DNA of 63,296 nucleotides, counting the filler, from Hyphochytrium catenoides (taxonomy: Eukaryota; Protista; Hyphochytriomycota), in NCBI GenBank assembly GCA_900088475.1. It is 6 parts of 6 records of this genome, joined end to end, with 100 filler letters (N's around TTAATTAATTAA, not from the genome) between each part and the next. Parts side by side here need not be neighbours in the genome. Positions count along the whole stretch, not along the records: positions 52,559 to 57,860 come from FLMG01000349.1; positions 57,961 to 60,609 come from FLMG01001824.1; positions 60,710 to 63,296 come from FLMG01003892.1; 3 more parts are not named here. One strand, given 5' to 3'. Positions 52,559 to 63,296 of the stretch are shown piece by piece (positions within the stretch are counted from its first letter, which is position 1; the number at the start of each line of letters is the position of its first letter). The notes beneath the pieces are model-generated. The model did no database searches. It was not told the DNA's origin and saw nothing but the letters and a program-made list of their open reading frames with translations. Both the position numbers and the translations under genes were made by a program.

Positions 52559-52841
52559 CAACTCATGCAGTTGAACATAATTTATGTAGAGGGATTGATA
52601 CAGAGAAGCCAAAGAGTGAACAGGTTCTCCACTAGTGACGACAGAAAGGGCGGCGTGAGAGGCAGGAGGGCTGAATGGAAGACGAGGGCTCAAGAGAGAT
52701 GAGCAAAGAATGGAGGAGCAAGAGGGAAAACGGCGCCAGAATGACAGATGCGAGGAGAATCAGAGTACAAAGAGGATCAGAAGAGAGAGACAGAGAGACA
52801 GGGATCAGAAGAGAAAGACAGAGAGACAGGGAAAGAAAGAA

Positions 52842-52901
<60 letters not shown>

Positions 52902-52987
52902 GATGAGAGAAAGAGAGAAGAGTGCGAGAGCGAAGGGTGAGAGAGAGGAGCGCACGAGAGGGAAACAGCTGGCTTCAGAATGCCTAC

Positions 52988-53249
52988 CTAATTCCTTTTT
53001 GACTTGTAAAGGATTGAAGTTGTGAACTTCCTGACAGTGAGCGGTAGCAGCTTGTAGGGAAGGGAAGCATTCAGGACAGAAGAGGCACTGCGCGCTCCCC
53101 ATATCATCTCCTTCTCCCTCCCAATCGTCCCAATCTTCCTCGCTGTCTTCTTCCTCTTCACTGTCTCTGTCTTTTTGCCTGTGCTCTTCGGCTTCCGACC
53201 CCCGTACCCCAGTCTCCGAGGCTGCAATGTCTGTGCCCGTGCGAGTCAT
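52988..53249 (-). CDS. First exon of a PRMT3-like protein (acidic N-terminus + C2H2 zinc finger); remainder lost at the contig end
   Basis: EEDWDDWEGE..AQCLFCPECFPSLQAATAHCQEVHNFNPLQVKKELG followed by a GT donor matches the PRMT3/Rmt3 N-terminal zinc-finger pattern. The methyltransferase domain is not in the contig, so the related ZNF277-type finger cannot be excluded. Confidence 0.65.
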
Positions 53250-56200
53250 AATGCCTAGGGAGTCTATGGCAGCAACGGTGAGGATTGCACCGGTTCTGCG
53301 AAGGGCCTGTATAACCACTACTTGGGCCTGACGAGGACTTATCTTCCTTGCCTTGTCTTCTCAAGCTGTCAAGTAGCAGGACCCCGCGTTGCTCAAGCAC
53401 TTGCCCAGAGATTTGCCTGGACTGACACTCGCTCTCTTCCTTGTGTGGGTCTCGTCCAGATGGCGTCAGACTGCTCTCTGCTCAGTTCTGACAACCTCCT
53501 GGCTGGGTTCCTGCCAGATAATCTATCTGGGGCACGCCTCAAAGAGCAAGACACCGATGCAGCCGCAGGATGAACAGCAGCGTCAGCCGCGGCGTTAGCA
53601 GGAGCAGTGGGAAAGAAGGATGTCAAAAGAGAAAGGTTCCCATCCTAGGAAACGACTCGTTCCAGAGCTTTCAGGACCGAAAGCGTATATTATTAATGTA
53701 CAGTTTGGGAAACGCCAAATGCTCATTTGTACATTTCCTGCCCATCCTCTTGAAACTGTATCATTAGAGGTTCTTACACTTTCAGCGGATACAACGCTTG
53801 CTGGAAAAAAAAAAAGCTTCGCTGTTGGCCTTTCCCAAGGCGCTGACCTGGGATGGCCGAGCTCCATACCAGGGATGGAGAGCGCACTCCTCTGGCAGCT
53901 GACCCCTGGCTGGCTCTGAACGGGTTGTTGCTTGCTTCGTCCTCAGCTGGAGATGAAGCTTGTAGAGGGATCGGCAGAGAAGATGAGTAGCTCTTCTAAC
54001 TGTACGGGCATTGGCTGTTGGAAGATGGCCTGGGACCGAACAACAAGCGAGGGCAAGAGGGAGGAGAAACTACGTCCAATGGCGCCGCCGGCAGGGAAGG
54101 TTGTGGGGAAGGAGCACAGGATGAGATGGTTTGAGCACTTCAGTAATGGAAGGACAGAGGAGCCACCCCAGCAGCAGCAGTCCCAGGAAGAGCAGGGAAG
54201 TGGAGGCGCGGGTGGGAAGGTCTACTAGGCCAACGCCTCCTCTTTTTCCTTGTATCCTCAGAGACGAAAGAGTGCTAATCAAGTGACATCTAAACTTCAT
54301 TGAGGCAGGGATCGGTGGACGAGAGCCCGTATTGTTCTAGAACGTGGCATGTTGCCTTGATGGCAGCGGTTTGCTTTGGCCGCGGCTACTTTCTTCACAT
54401 CAGCCCGCTAGTACGCTATCGATTCTGTTGAATATCAAGATAGCTTTTGCTTCCGTAGAACCTGTAGCTAGACATTTCTCTACGAAGATATGGCTTTTGA
54501 TAGTATTAATGTCGCTGCTTCACGGTCAGGGAGAACCTGGTATATAGTTGTCTAGAGTACACGCTCCATGCTCATCACTCTGCTGGTCACAGCCGTCACT
54601 GTGCAGGCTCTAAGTGCTAGCGTTAGACATTCACCAAAGGCGGAGCGTCCGCCATGTTAAGCGTTCCGAAGAAGTACTGCACGGCTGTTGTGAGGCTGGT
54701 AACACTCTCATCATGTACCCTGACGTACACCGCCGCAGATTCATATCAGATGGTGCGGCAATGCAGCACTTCATGCTGTTCTCATTGCTCAATTGCCTCA
54801 AGCTGGGCGTCGTAGGAGAGTTACCTTTCACCACCATCACCAGAATCTCTAGGGTGTTGCTAGATAGAGGAAGTGTTCAATATGCCCGTACTAGGTTCAC
54901 GGTCTCCTTTTGCGTGTTTTATATTTTTGGAACATTTGGGAGTCTCACAGTTGGGTGGCTACAATGACCGACGGAGCAAGCTGACACGTATTAACTGGCA
55001 GTTAGCATAGGTCTCACAAGATCTATACCGCAAAGCCTCATCGTACGTCCACACTGGCACTTGCACGTGTCTCAAAGGCATTGTAGGCCAGTCGGAGATG
55101 GACAGATTTGATCACATTCAGTCTTATATTCTCTATTCTCCTATTACTTCCATGACAGCAAAATGTGTGTCCTACGACTCGTATTAGAAGATAGTCTACT
55201 CTTTAGCAAGAACCTTCGCTTATTCTGTGCAATCGCTTCGCAAGATCCTCACTGGTCTTACATATTTGAACGTAGAGAACATAGTTCGCAAAGTATATAG
55301 ACTGTGAGCCGAAAGGGTCTCTTCTACGATTCATATAATGGCAGACTATGAGACGGCCCGGAGTAACTAACTTTACGAAATGTCGCCGCGCTTACCTGGG
55401 GAGTCTGATAAAGTCAAAAACATACAAGGACCAGTTGGAATGCCGCGCCACGCCGCTATAGCTGATAACCCGGCGGATACCGGGTCGACCGTCCGCGGCG
55501 CCCTTGAACATTGACGATATGACGACGAAGGACAGGTTTTACTCATGGACTGGACTTATTATAAGCGAAAGATCATCCGGCGGTATTATTTATGGTGGAT
55601 TCACAACTCTATTCTACACGCAGTCGATGGTGGATCCTAGAACAACCGTGACGGTGGAGAAGTAGGCCAGGGACGTACTTTAGCTCACTGATCATACCCT
55701 GCAGCTCTCTCTTGTAGCTCTTTCACGTCTTATTTCATGACAAGCGTGCCTCACAACAAACTGAAGTTTGGAAGCCCTGGGCAGAAGGGGGATTGTTTGA
55801 CAAGTTTGCATGAAGTGAAAGCAACAGCGTCGTCGGCAGCTGGACTGGGTGAAAGAGCTGATGAATGGGCATGACGCCCCTGACGAGAGATAGAACTCGA
55901 GAGGATTTGACTGTAGACGCGAAGAAGAGTCAATGAGGCGTCTCCTAGAGCCCAAGAAAGAGAAAGTGCCGACCAAAGAAATGTTCTGCTAGTCGACCCA
56001 CCGCTGACCTGAATGTCAATCCTGTGCCCGACGTTCTCACCAGTGCCATATGCCTATGTTGTTCTACACCTCCTTGCAGTAGCTTTTTTCCTTTGTTAAT
56101 CTGCACACATACTGAAGCATCTTTTAGCGCAAACCCTACTTTGGCCCTTGTTATCCTTAGAAGATTATCAAACATGACGTCCAGACCCTTGAAGTACTTC

Positions 56201-57697
56201 ATTCTCACTAAAAGTGTATTCTACCACTTCAAACAGTAGTAGTAAGTGCAGCTCTTCTTATCCCTTGTATGTCACAGCAAGACGCAAGACGAAACCTAGC
56301 AACAGCAGGGAGAAGCCATAGATGACCACGGGTTCATCAGGTGGCAGTAGTGTGGCAGTGCTCTCTTCCCTATCTCTTGTTTCTCTCTTTGATCGTTCTG
56401 TGTCCGGTTGTAAGCCGGTTCCTAGCATTCTCTCACCACGACGACGACATACTTCGTACCCAAGTCCGAGCTACCAGCAGCAGGCCACCCTATCTCTCTA
56501 TATGTATAGAAACTACCACTGGTCAGCTCTTCCTACACCAAGACAAGTTGGTCATGCCACGACGAGTGGGTCATGCCATCATCGCTTGTTCCCTGCTATT
56601 AGTAGTGGGAGCAACAGCAACTGATACCAGATGTAGAACTATGAGTGCCAGGCCATTCGACAGCAGGATCAGATGCTGCTGGAGCGCGAGGCGAACACCT
56701 GAAAGATAGTTAGAGAACCTTGAAAGTAGCGAGGAGAACCTGGTTCTGCAGATCCAACTACTGTTTTACTCTCTTCGGCGACCTAATCTCGGGAACGGTA
56801 ACAGTATTACCAAGTTCCTCAACTATATTGGGCTTTGCATTCTAATCTTTGAATTGGCAAGTACTCTGCAATTAGGCCTTCCGGGTAGTAGCTAACTTGA
56901 CTGTAATTTCGGGTCTAGATCTTGGTTTGAGATCCTAAACCGGCTAGTTGGACGTTGGTAATCAGTATTTACGGGCCTAGAGATTGGGTAACCTGTATAA
57001 AACGAGCCGGAGTGGCCAACGTCCATGCTCTTAGTAATACGGTCCATTTGAGCCAAACCCCTAAGATAAAGGTTTCACATTCTTTCTGTGCGAAAGCTTC
57101 GTTTATTTCTCTGAAAACCTCTCTATTATAACTAGTTTAGATTTGAGACTCTAGCTCCCGGTTTGAAGCTATGGAAGGAATAATGAATAATCCCCCCCAC
57201 CCACCTTGCCTCTATCTTTGATCATTCCTCTCCTCCTCATCTCTCAAATAACTGTGGTAGCAACCTAATGCCTTTCCTACTTTATAATTAACAAACCTTG
57301 ATCCACTCAAATCGGCTAACGCTTCAGAGACTGGAAAGCAATAGATATCCTTTAGCCTTGCAGAGGAGGAATACCTTTGGATGTTACCAAAGTCGTATCC
57401 TCAATTATTTTCTGTACAGAAGATACGGCAGAGGAATGACAAAGGCTTCCGACCATCAAGGAGTTGACCAATAATGAGAAACTAGCCGAAAAGTGGGTCC
57501 TCATTTTGAGTCCTCATCCATCACCATTCCGAATCTAGTCTCGCTTACTACACAGTTGCCGACGTTCATGAGAATAAGAGGAACCATCCTACATCCACAT
57601 CTTACCATTAACACGTTTGTACCGAAGATAAGAAAGCACATATGGACCATCGAAGGAAAGCCGAAAGTAAGGGAGGAATGAGACTGTCACGAAGCAG

Positions 57698-57732
<35 letters not shown>

Positions 57733-57860
57733 GAGAGAAAAGAGACAGACAGAGACAGGGAGAGAGAGAGAGAGAGAGAGAGCAGAGAGAGGGCAGAGAG
57801 TGGAGACCAGGAAACACAGGTCAGGTCTACGCCAGGACTGTCGCGAGGGTGGGTGGGCGG

Positions 57861-57960
57861 NNNNNNNNNNNNNNNNNNNNNNNNNNNNNNNNNNNNNNNN
57901 NNNNTTAATTAATTAANNNNNNNNNNNNNNNNNNNNNNNNNNNNNNNNNNNNNNNNNNNN
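57861..57960. other. Artificial contig linker
   Basis: N run + TTAATTAATTAA (57905-57916) + N run. Confidence 0.97.
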
Positions 57961-59384
57961 TATGGCGATTTCTGTAGTGATCCACTCGTGGACGGGCCCT
58001 TCTACCTGGCTGGATGCTCTGGGGTCTCCTGCACTTTTTCCGAGCGTGCGGTCGGCATCCCTGGCCACCAATCCCCCCGCCGACTTGTAGATGTGCGTTT
58101 GGCCATGCCGTAGCTTTCGGTGCCCAGAGTCTTGCGTCGGAGCCGCGTCTAATACCCTAGGTTGTGGGTATAAGAGCAGCGCTATGACAGGGCCACTCTA
58201 TTTTTACGATGGACTTCTATTTTTATTATAAAATGCTATTGGCAATGGCTTCTTCCCACAGCTCCATTTCTACCACGTATGAGCCTCAAGGAGGAGAGGA
58301 CTTTGATACGCTGATGATGGGATCAGGGAAGCGCCTTAAAAACTATTTGCATTTATGTCAGTGGCTGGCCTTACAGCCTCAACTGACGGTCAGGACTGGC
58401 CAACAAGTGTTAGTCGTCAGATACTCAACATGGCGGCCTCTGTTGCTTCCTGTTAGTGGCATTTATTTTCCTTTAAGGTTCATTCACTGGTGACTTCAAA
58501 GCCAGCTTCGGCTATGAAAAAATCATCCTGATGAGCCCCAGCACTCTGCGGCTACTTCCTCCTGCTGAGGCGCGCACTGGCCGCCATCCAGCAAACTCTT
58601 CCCAATGAGGACATCCTCCGGTTAAGGAGGTGAACCAATCAACAGCAAACAAAAAGAGGTGTGCAAAGCTCTTCAAATGATGATGATTGTCACTACTATT
58701 TATAAAAGGAAGACGACGGTTGTTGTCGACCTTTGTTGATGGCCTCGATGGCGTCTCTACCCCTTTTTTGTTGATGCAAGAGCGAGCTGGTAGCCACTAA
58801 GCTGCGAGCCGCTTGGTTGATGGTGGGTGCTTTACCAAAAGCCAAGGTTCAATTCTAGTGAAAAAAGAGCCGGGCAGTATATATTGGGGTTTCTGCGCTG
58901 CTTCTTGCGGTAAGCAGTAAGAGCGACGAAACAGTATTCCAACAAGACTTTCTTCTGCATGCCCTTCTTCTTGATCATACTCTACCGGCTAATAAATTGT
59001 CTCCTCTTTCTTTAGCTGAGAACTAAGCTCTCGTTCGCTTCATCAGTTCGCCATCACTAGTAGGACTGACTTTGTTTTCCTCTGTGACAAAAGGTTAAGT
59101 CTCCTAACTATGAGTAGAAGGGCTTCACACTCCTCCACCGTCCGTTATCTACAAGACGGCATGCCGCTACATCGAGAAAAAACAAGGCGGGCTAGCTAGC
59201 TAGGACCAAGAGGAAGAGGCAACTTAGGACTTACTGAGCAGCGCCATCCACGGACGGTGGTCTGCATATTATATATCCAATGGGCAACGAAATATCAGGC
59301 CAATTATCCCCGCCACGATGGCGGCTTTTGGGGCTAAGAATCCATGACGATTATTTAGTGCGATCTAACTAACTGCCACCTTAC

Positions 59385-60245
59385 TGTCAACCTTACGCAG
59401 TCCATCAGCACCAGAGAACTGTCTTCCTTTCCTGCAGCACATCGGAACTTAAGGTAGGTGACCGGATCTTCAGTGTTTGGAGAGAGAAGAAGGGCTGTCT
59501 CATAGCATTATAGACGACATTCTCTGGCATCCATGCATCAACACAGGTCATGACGATCAAGGCACCCGACCAGCCTTCTCCCTGTTCAGATGCGTAGGAA
59601 AACTTATCTTGCAGCAGCAAATCTTCAGAACGTACACCTTATGAGAGGTTTAAGAGCTTCTTCTGATGTTCTCTTCGTTTCCTAGTAGTACTTGCCTCGT
59701 CTGTATGTCATATCACGCATCCGGCACAGTGGATAATGTTGATTGATTGGTAAGGATTCACGGCGGAGACTTAGGACAAAACATGGCACAGCAAGCAAGC
59801 GTGAGGAAGGTTTGTGTCAACCTTACGCAGTCCATCAGCACCAGAGAACTGTCTTCCTTTCCTGCAGCACATCGGGACTTAGGTAGGTGACCGGATCTTC
59901 AGTGTTTGGAGAGAGAAGAAGGGCTGTCTCATAGCATTATAGACGACATTCTCTGGCATCCACGCATCAACACAGGTCATGACGATCAAGGCACCGACCA
60001 GCCTTCTCCCTGTTCGGATGCGTAGGAAAACTTATCTTGCAGCAGCAAATCTTCAGAAAGTACACCTTATGAGAGGTTTAAGAGCTTCTTCTGATGTTCT
60101 CTTCGTTTTCTAGTAGTACTTGCCTCGTCTGTATGTCATATCACGCATCCGGCACAGTGGATAATGTTGATTGATTGGTAAGGATTCATGGCGGAGACTT
60201 AGGGACAAAACATGGCACAGCAAGCAAGCGTGAGGAAGGTTTGTG
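59385..60245. repeat. Direct tandem duplication, two copies of about 430 bp
   Basis: Copies start at 59385 and 59815 (TGTCAACCTTACGCAGTCC). Manual alignment shows 6 substitutions and 3 single-base indels. Confidence 0.95.
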
Positions 60246-60609
60246 CCCTGCAGAAACTTCCTAGGATATCCTACCAAATAATGATCATGATGACCCGCCC
60301 CTATCTTCGATGATGGAATCGGTGAGAGCAGGTACTGCGCGTTACTGCTGCGTGGAGATAGGACTGCAATCACAGCAGAAGCAGCTATACTTCCTGAAAG
60401 CAGTGGTGGCTTTACAATGACTGACCTAGTGAGTGCTTAGGGAAAGCAAGGATGGATGTAGGAGGCTGGCTGAGGACTTCAGAAGGCTCTCATGAGTGGT
60501 TGGAGAAGTAGTAGATTACACGGGATATTTATAGCTAGCGTGTTCGGTACAAAAATAGGAAACTACCTCCCCGCTAGATAAGAAAGTATAGGTCGACCCA
60601 GACGCTTGA

Positions 60610-60709
60610 NNNNNNNNNNNNNNNNNNNNNNNNNNNNNNNNNNNNNNNNNNNNTTAATTAATTAANNNNNNNNNNNNNNNNNNNNNNNNNNNNNNNNNNN
60701 NNNNNNNNN
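60610..60709. other. Artificial contig linker
   Basis: N run + TTAATTAATTAA (60654-60665) + N run. Confidence 0.97.
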
Positions 60710-60722
60710 GAGAGAGAGAAAG

Positions 60723-60771
<49 letters not shown>

Positions 60772-61164
60772 TGAGAGAGAGAAAGTGAGAAAGAGGACGA
60801 GAAAAGGAAAGAGAGCGCGGAAGGTGAGAGAAAGTAGGCAAGAGAGAGAGGAAGAGAGAGGGTCCGAGAGACGGGGAGAGAACATAGCAATCAGAGAGGG
60901 AGACAGAGAGAGTGACTTTCGAACAGACTAAATAAGAGAGAAGTAATTGAGAAAGAGTGAGAAAGAGAGAGAGAGAGAGACTTAAAAAGAGCAAGGAAGA
61001 AGGGAAGCGAGAGAGAAGGAACGGGACAAAGAGCAGAAAGAAGAGAGAAAGAGAGGGACCAAGAAAGAGACAGGAATCAGAGGGAATTTCGAAAGAGCAT
61101 GGAGTGGCGAAGCAAAATGTGAAGAGACAGAGAGAGAGAGAGAGAGAGAAAAACTCTTTCTCAC

Positions 61165-61747
61165 CTCCCTTCCGGCGCTTCTGCATATTTGTACTGGGCG
61201 AGAGGGAGGAAGAGAGAGAGAGAAAGAAGAATGGGAAGAAGGAAACAGAGGAGATGATAGAACTTTCCATATCGTTGAAGGTCGCCCACTGTCTTCCGAA
61301 ATTGAACGACCAGAAGGAGATCAACGGCCAGCGCCGCCACCCAGAGCACTGACTATAAGAGGAGAGGGACAGGGAGACAGGGGGAGAGAGAGAGAAGGAG
61401 AGAGAGAGAAAGAGAAAGAGGAAGAGAGAAGTAGAGAGAAGTGAGAGAAACATAGAGAGAGAGTGCAAGAAGGGAAGAGAGAGACAACGGCAGAGGAGTG
61501 GCAATGCAGGAAGTCTCTTAAGACACTACAGGCCCCCATCTTCTTCGTTGTTTCTTGCGCTTTTCTCTCTCTCTCTTCTAGTTTCTCTCTCTCCCTTCTC
61601 CTCTGATTTTTTCTCTCCCATATTTGTCTCTCTCTCTCTTACCGATAGGTCTGCTGCTTGAATAGCGGCTGCCTGGCTCAGGCAAAGATAACTGTCCTCG
61701 CCATAGAGAGAGAAACCGGCTTGGCTAGGTTCAAGGAAATTGTGTGT

Positions 61748-61807
<60 letters not shown>

Positions 61808-62027
61808 GGGAGGGAGGGTATATCAGCGATCGCAATCCGCCGCGAGATTGAGGAGCAATGCATGGAAGCGGCGGAAGCAAAGAGAGAGAGAGAGAGAGAG
61901 ACGAAGCTCCACAGGGAGACTCTCCCACACGAGACTTAAAAGAGCAAGATCAACCAGAAGAGGCACACACTGGAAAAAGAGGCAGACAAAAAAAGAGAGG
62001 AGAGAGAGAGAGAGAGACAGAGACAAA

Positions 62028-62059
<32 letters not shown>

Positions 62060-62343
62060 CACAGAGAGAGAGAGTTGACTCACCTTATAAATCTTGCCGC
62101 ACTGGCCGTAAAGTCCGCAATGGCTAAAAAGAGAATCAGCCTTGAAGCCGGTATCAGGTCCCCTCTCTCTCTCTCTTCCTCTCCTCTTTCTCCTCCTTTC
62201 TCTCTGTCTTCTTCTTCTTCTCGTCCTCCTTTAAGTCTCTTGGAGAAGATAAAGCTCAGGAGAACACTTCCACTCCCAACAAGAGAGAGAAAGGCAGAAG
62301 TCCTAGTTGCCCATAGTAGAGCCTGGTCCTCCTCCTGCTTCAT
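61165..62343 (-). CDS. cAMP-receptor-like (CAR/GCR1/Git3-type) GPCR, TM1-TM4 only; 3'-truncated at the contig end
   Basis: Three phase-consistent exons: TSAFLSLVGSGSVLLSF..SRLILFLAIADFTAS|..YLCLSQAAAIQAADLS|SVLWVAALAVDLLLVV..RYGKFYHLLCFLLP. These are typical CAR-family TM1-4 motifs. The start may lie further upstream. Confidence 0.85.
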
Positions 62344-63296
62344 CTCTCTCTTTCTTTCTCTCTCCTGCAGTCTCTCTTTCTCTCGCTTCTTCTTCCCTTC
62401 GCTCTCTTTCGCTCTCTTTTTCACTCTCTCGTTGACTGTCTCTTTCAACTCGTCAAATGAACTGAAAGTGGAAGTAAGATAATGCTTCTAATCGTCCATT
62501 CTCTCTCTTTCTCTAATCTCTCTCTCTCCTTCTTGCTCGAGTGTTTTAATTAGATCCCGCTGAGCGGCGGCGGCAGTGGCTATGCGCCCTAGCTGCAAAT
62601 GGAGACTGCTGGAGAAAGAGAGAAAGGAAGAGAGAGAGAGAGAGANNNNNNNNNNNNNNNNNNNNNNNNNNNNNNNNNNNNNNNNNNNNNNAAGAGAGAG
62701 AGAGAATTAAGCAGAAAAGGGGCAAGAGCGACTCCGGCGCTTAATGACAGGGAGGCAATCTCTCGAAGCCAAAGGTTACTTTCCCAAGTGGGACATCCTA
62801 CTGAAGGAAAGTAGAGGGAGATTGTGGGAGAGAAGAGAAAGATTGAGAGACAGAACGAGAGGGGCCAAGAGAGAGAAAGAGAGAGAGAGTGGGGAGAGAG
62901 AGAGAGAGAGGAGAGGGAAAGAGAGAATATGTCATCTTCTCCCATGCGAGGATTGGGGCCATGATGCGTTAGTCGCGATCTACTCGCCTGACCCAGCTGA
63001 CGAGTCAAGGTCTTACCCTAACGTCAAGAACGAGGAGAAGAAGACGATAGATAGTGCAAGAGAAAGCGACGCAGAAAGAGACAGACAGAGACAGACAGAG
63101 AGAGAGAGAGAGAGAAAATATTCCTAAACAAGGAGAGACTGGTAACAGAACGAATCGTACGTCAAAGGAAGCTAGGGTCACGGAGAGACAAGAAACAAGT
63201 ATCGAGGGGCCGACTAGGACGTTTGGACACTACGTCCCCTGGAAAGAAGCAACACGCGCAAGCATGGAGCATACGAGACACACACAGAGAAAGAGA

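Noticed and set aside
53596-53598. Alternative genetic code (stop-codon reassignment)
   Set aside because: TAA, TAG and TGA each terminate conserved genes here (Hook, PNP, ISCU), and no conserved exon has an in-frame stop.
55468-55485. GC hairpin ACCCGG-CGGATA-CCGGGT as a Helitron end or terminator
   Set aside because: A 6-bp stem is expected by chance, and no CTRR terminus follows at the usual distance.
13050-60665. Five TTAATTAATTAA copies as a biological repeat, CRISPR array or att site
   Set aside because: Each sits in the centre of a 100-nt N spacer, so it is an artificial six-frame-stop linker.

Overview
This is eukaryotic (protist-like) nuclear DNA in the standard genetic code with GT-AG introns. 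A stramenopile/oomycete-like lineage is plausible but is only an inference. The window is not one locus: five artificial N-TTAATTAATTAA-N linkers join six contigs (about 1-13005, 13106-39832, 39933-52458, 52559-57860, 57961-60609, 60710-63296). Splicing by hand gives: the 3' end of a multi-C2 protein, Hook, purine nucleoside phosphorylase, a GPCR-PIP kinase fusion, a GH30 glucosylceramidase with a GPI-like tail, IscU, glycine cleavage T protein, NDUFA5, a CCDC24-like protein, SMG7/Est1-like, Spb1/FTSJ3, GET4, phosphatidylserine synthase (5'-truncated), a PRMT3-like first exon, a truncated cAMP-receptor-like GPCR and two small orphan membrane proteins. Most ORF-track entries (SLSL/RERE) are translations of (CT)n/(AG)n microsatellite. 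The most interesting observations are the GPCR-PIPK, which carries a Cys/His insert in its kinase core and an extra TM helix, and a recurring intron layout with (GA)n in the 5' half and complementary (CU)n in the 3' half. I cannot claim a demonstrably new system from the sequence alone. Exon boundaries are manual and need RNA-seq confirmation.
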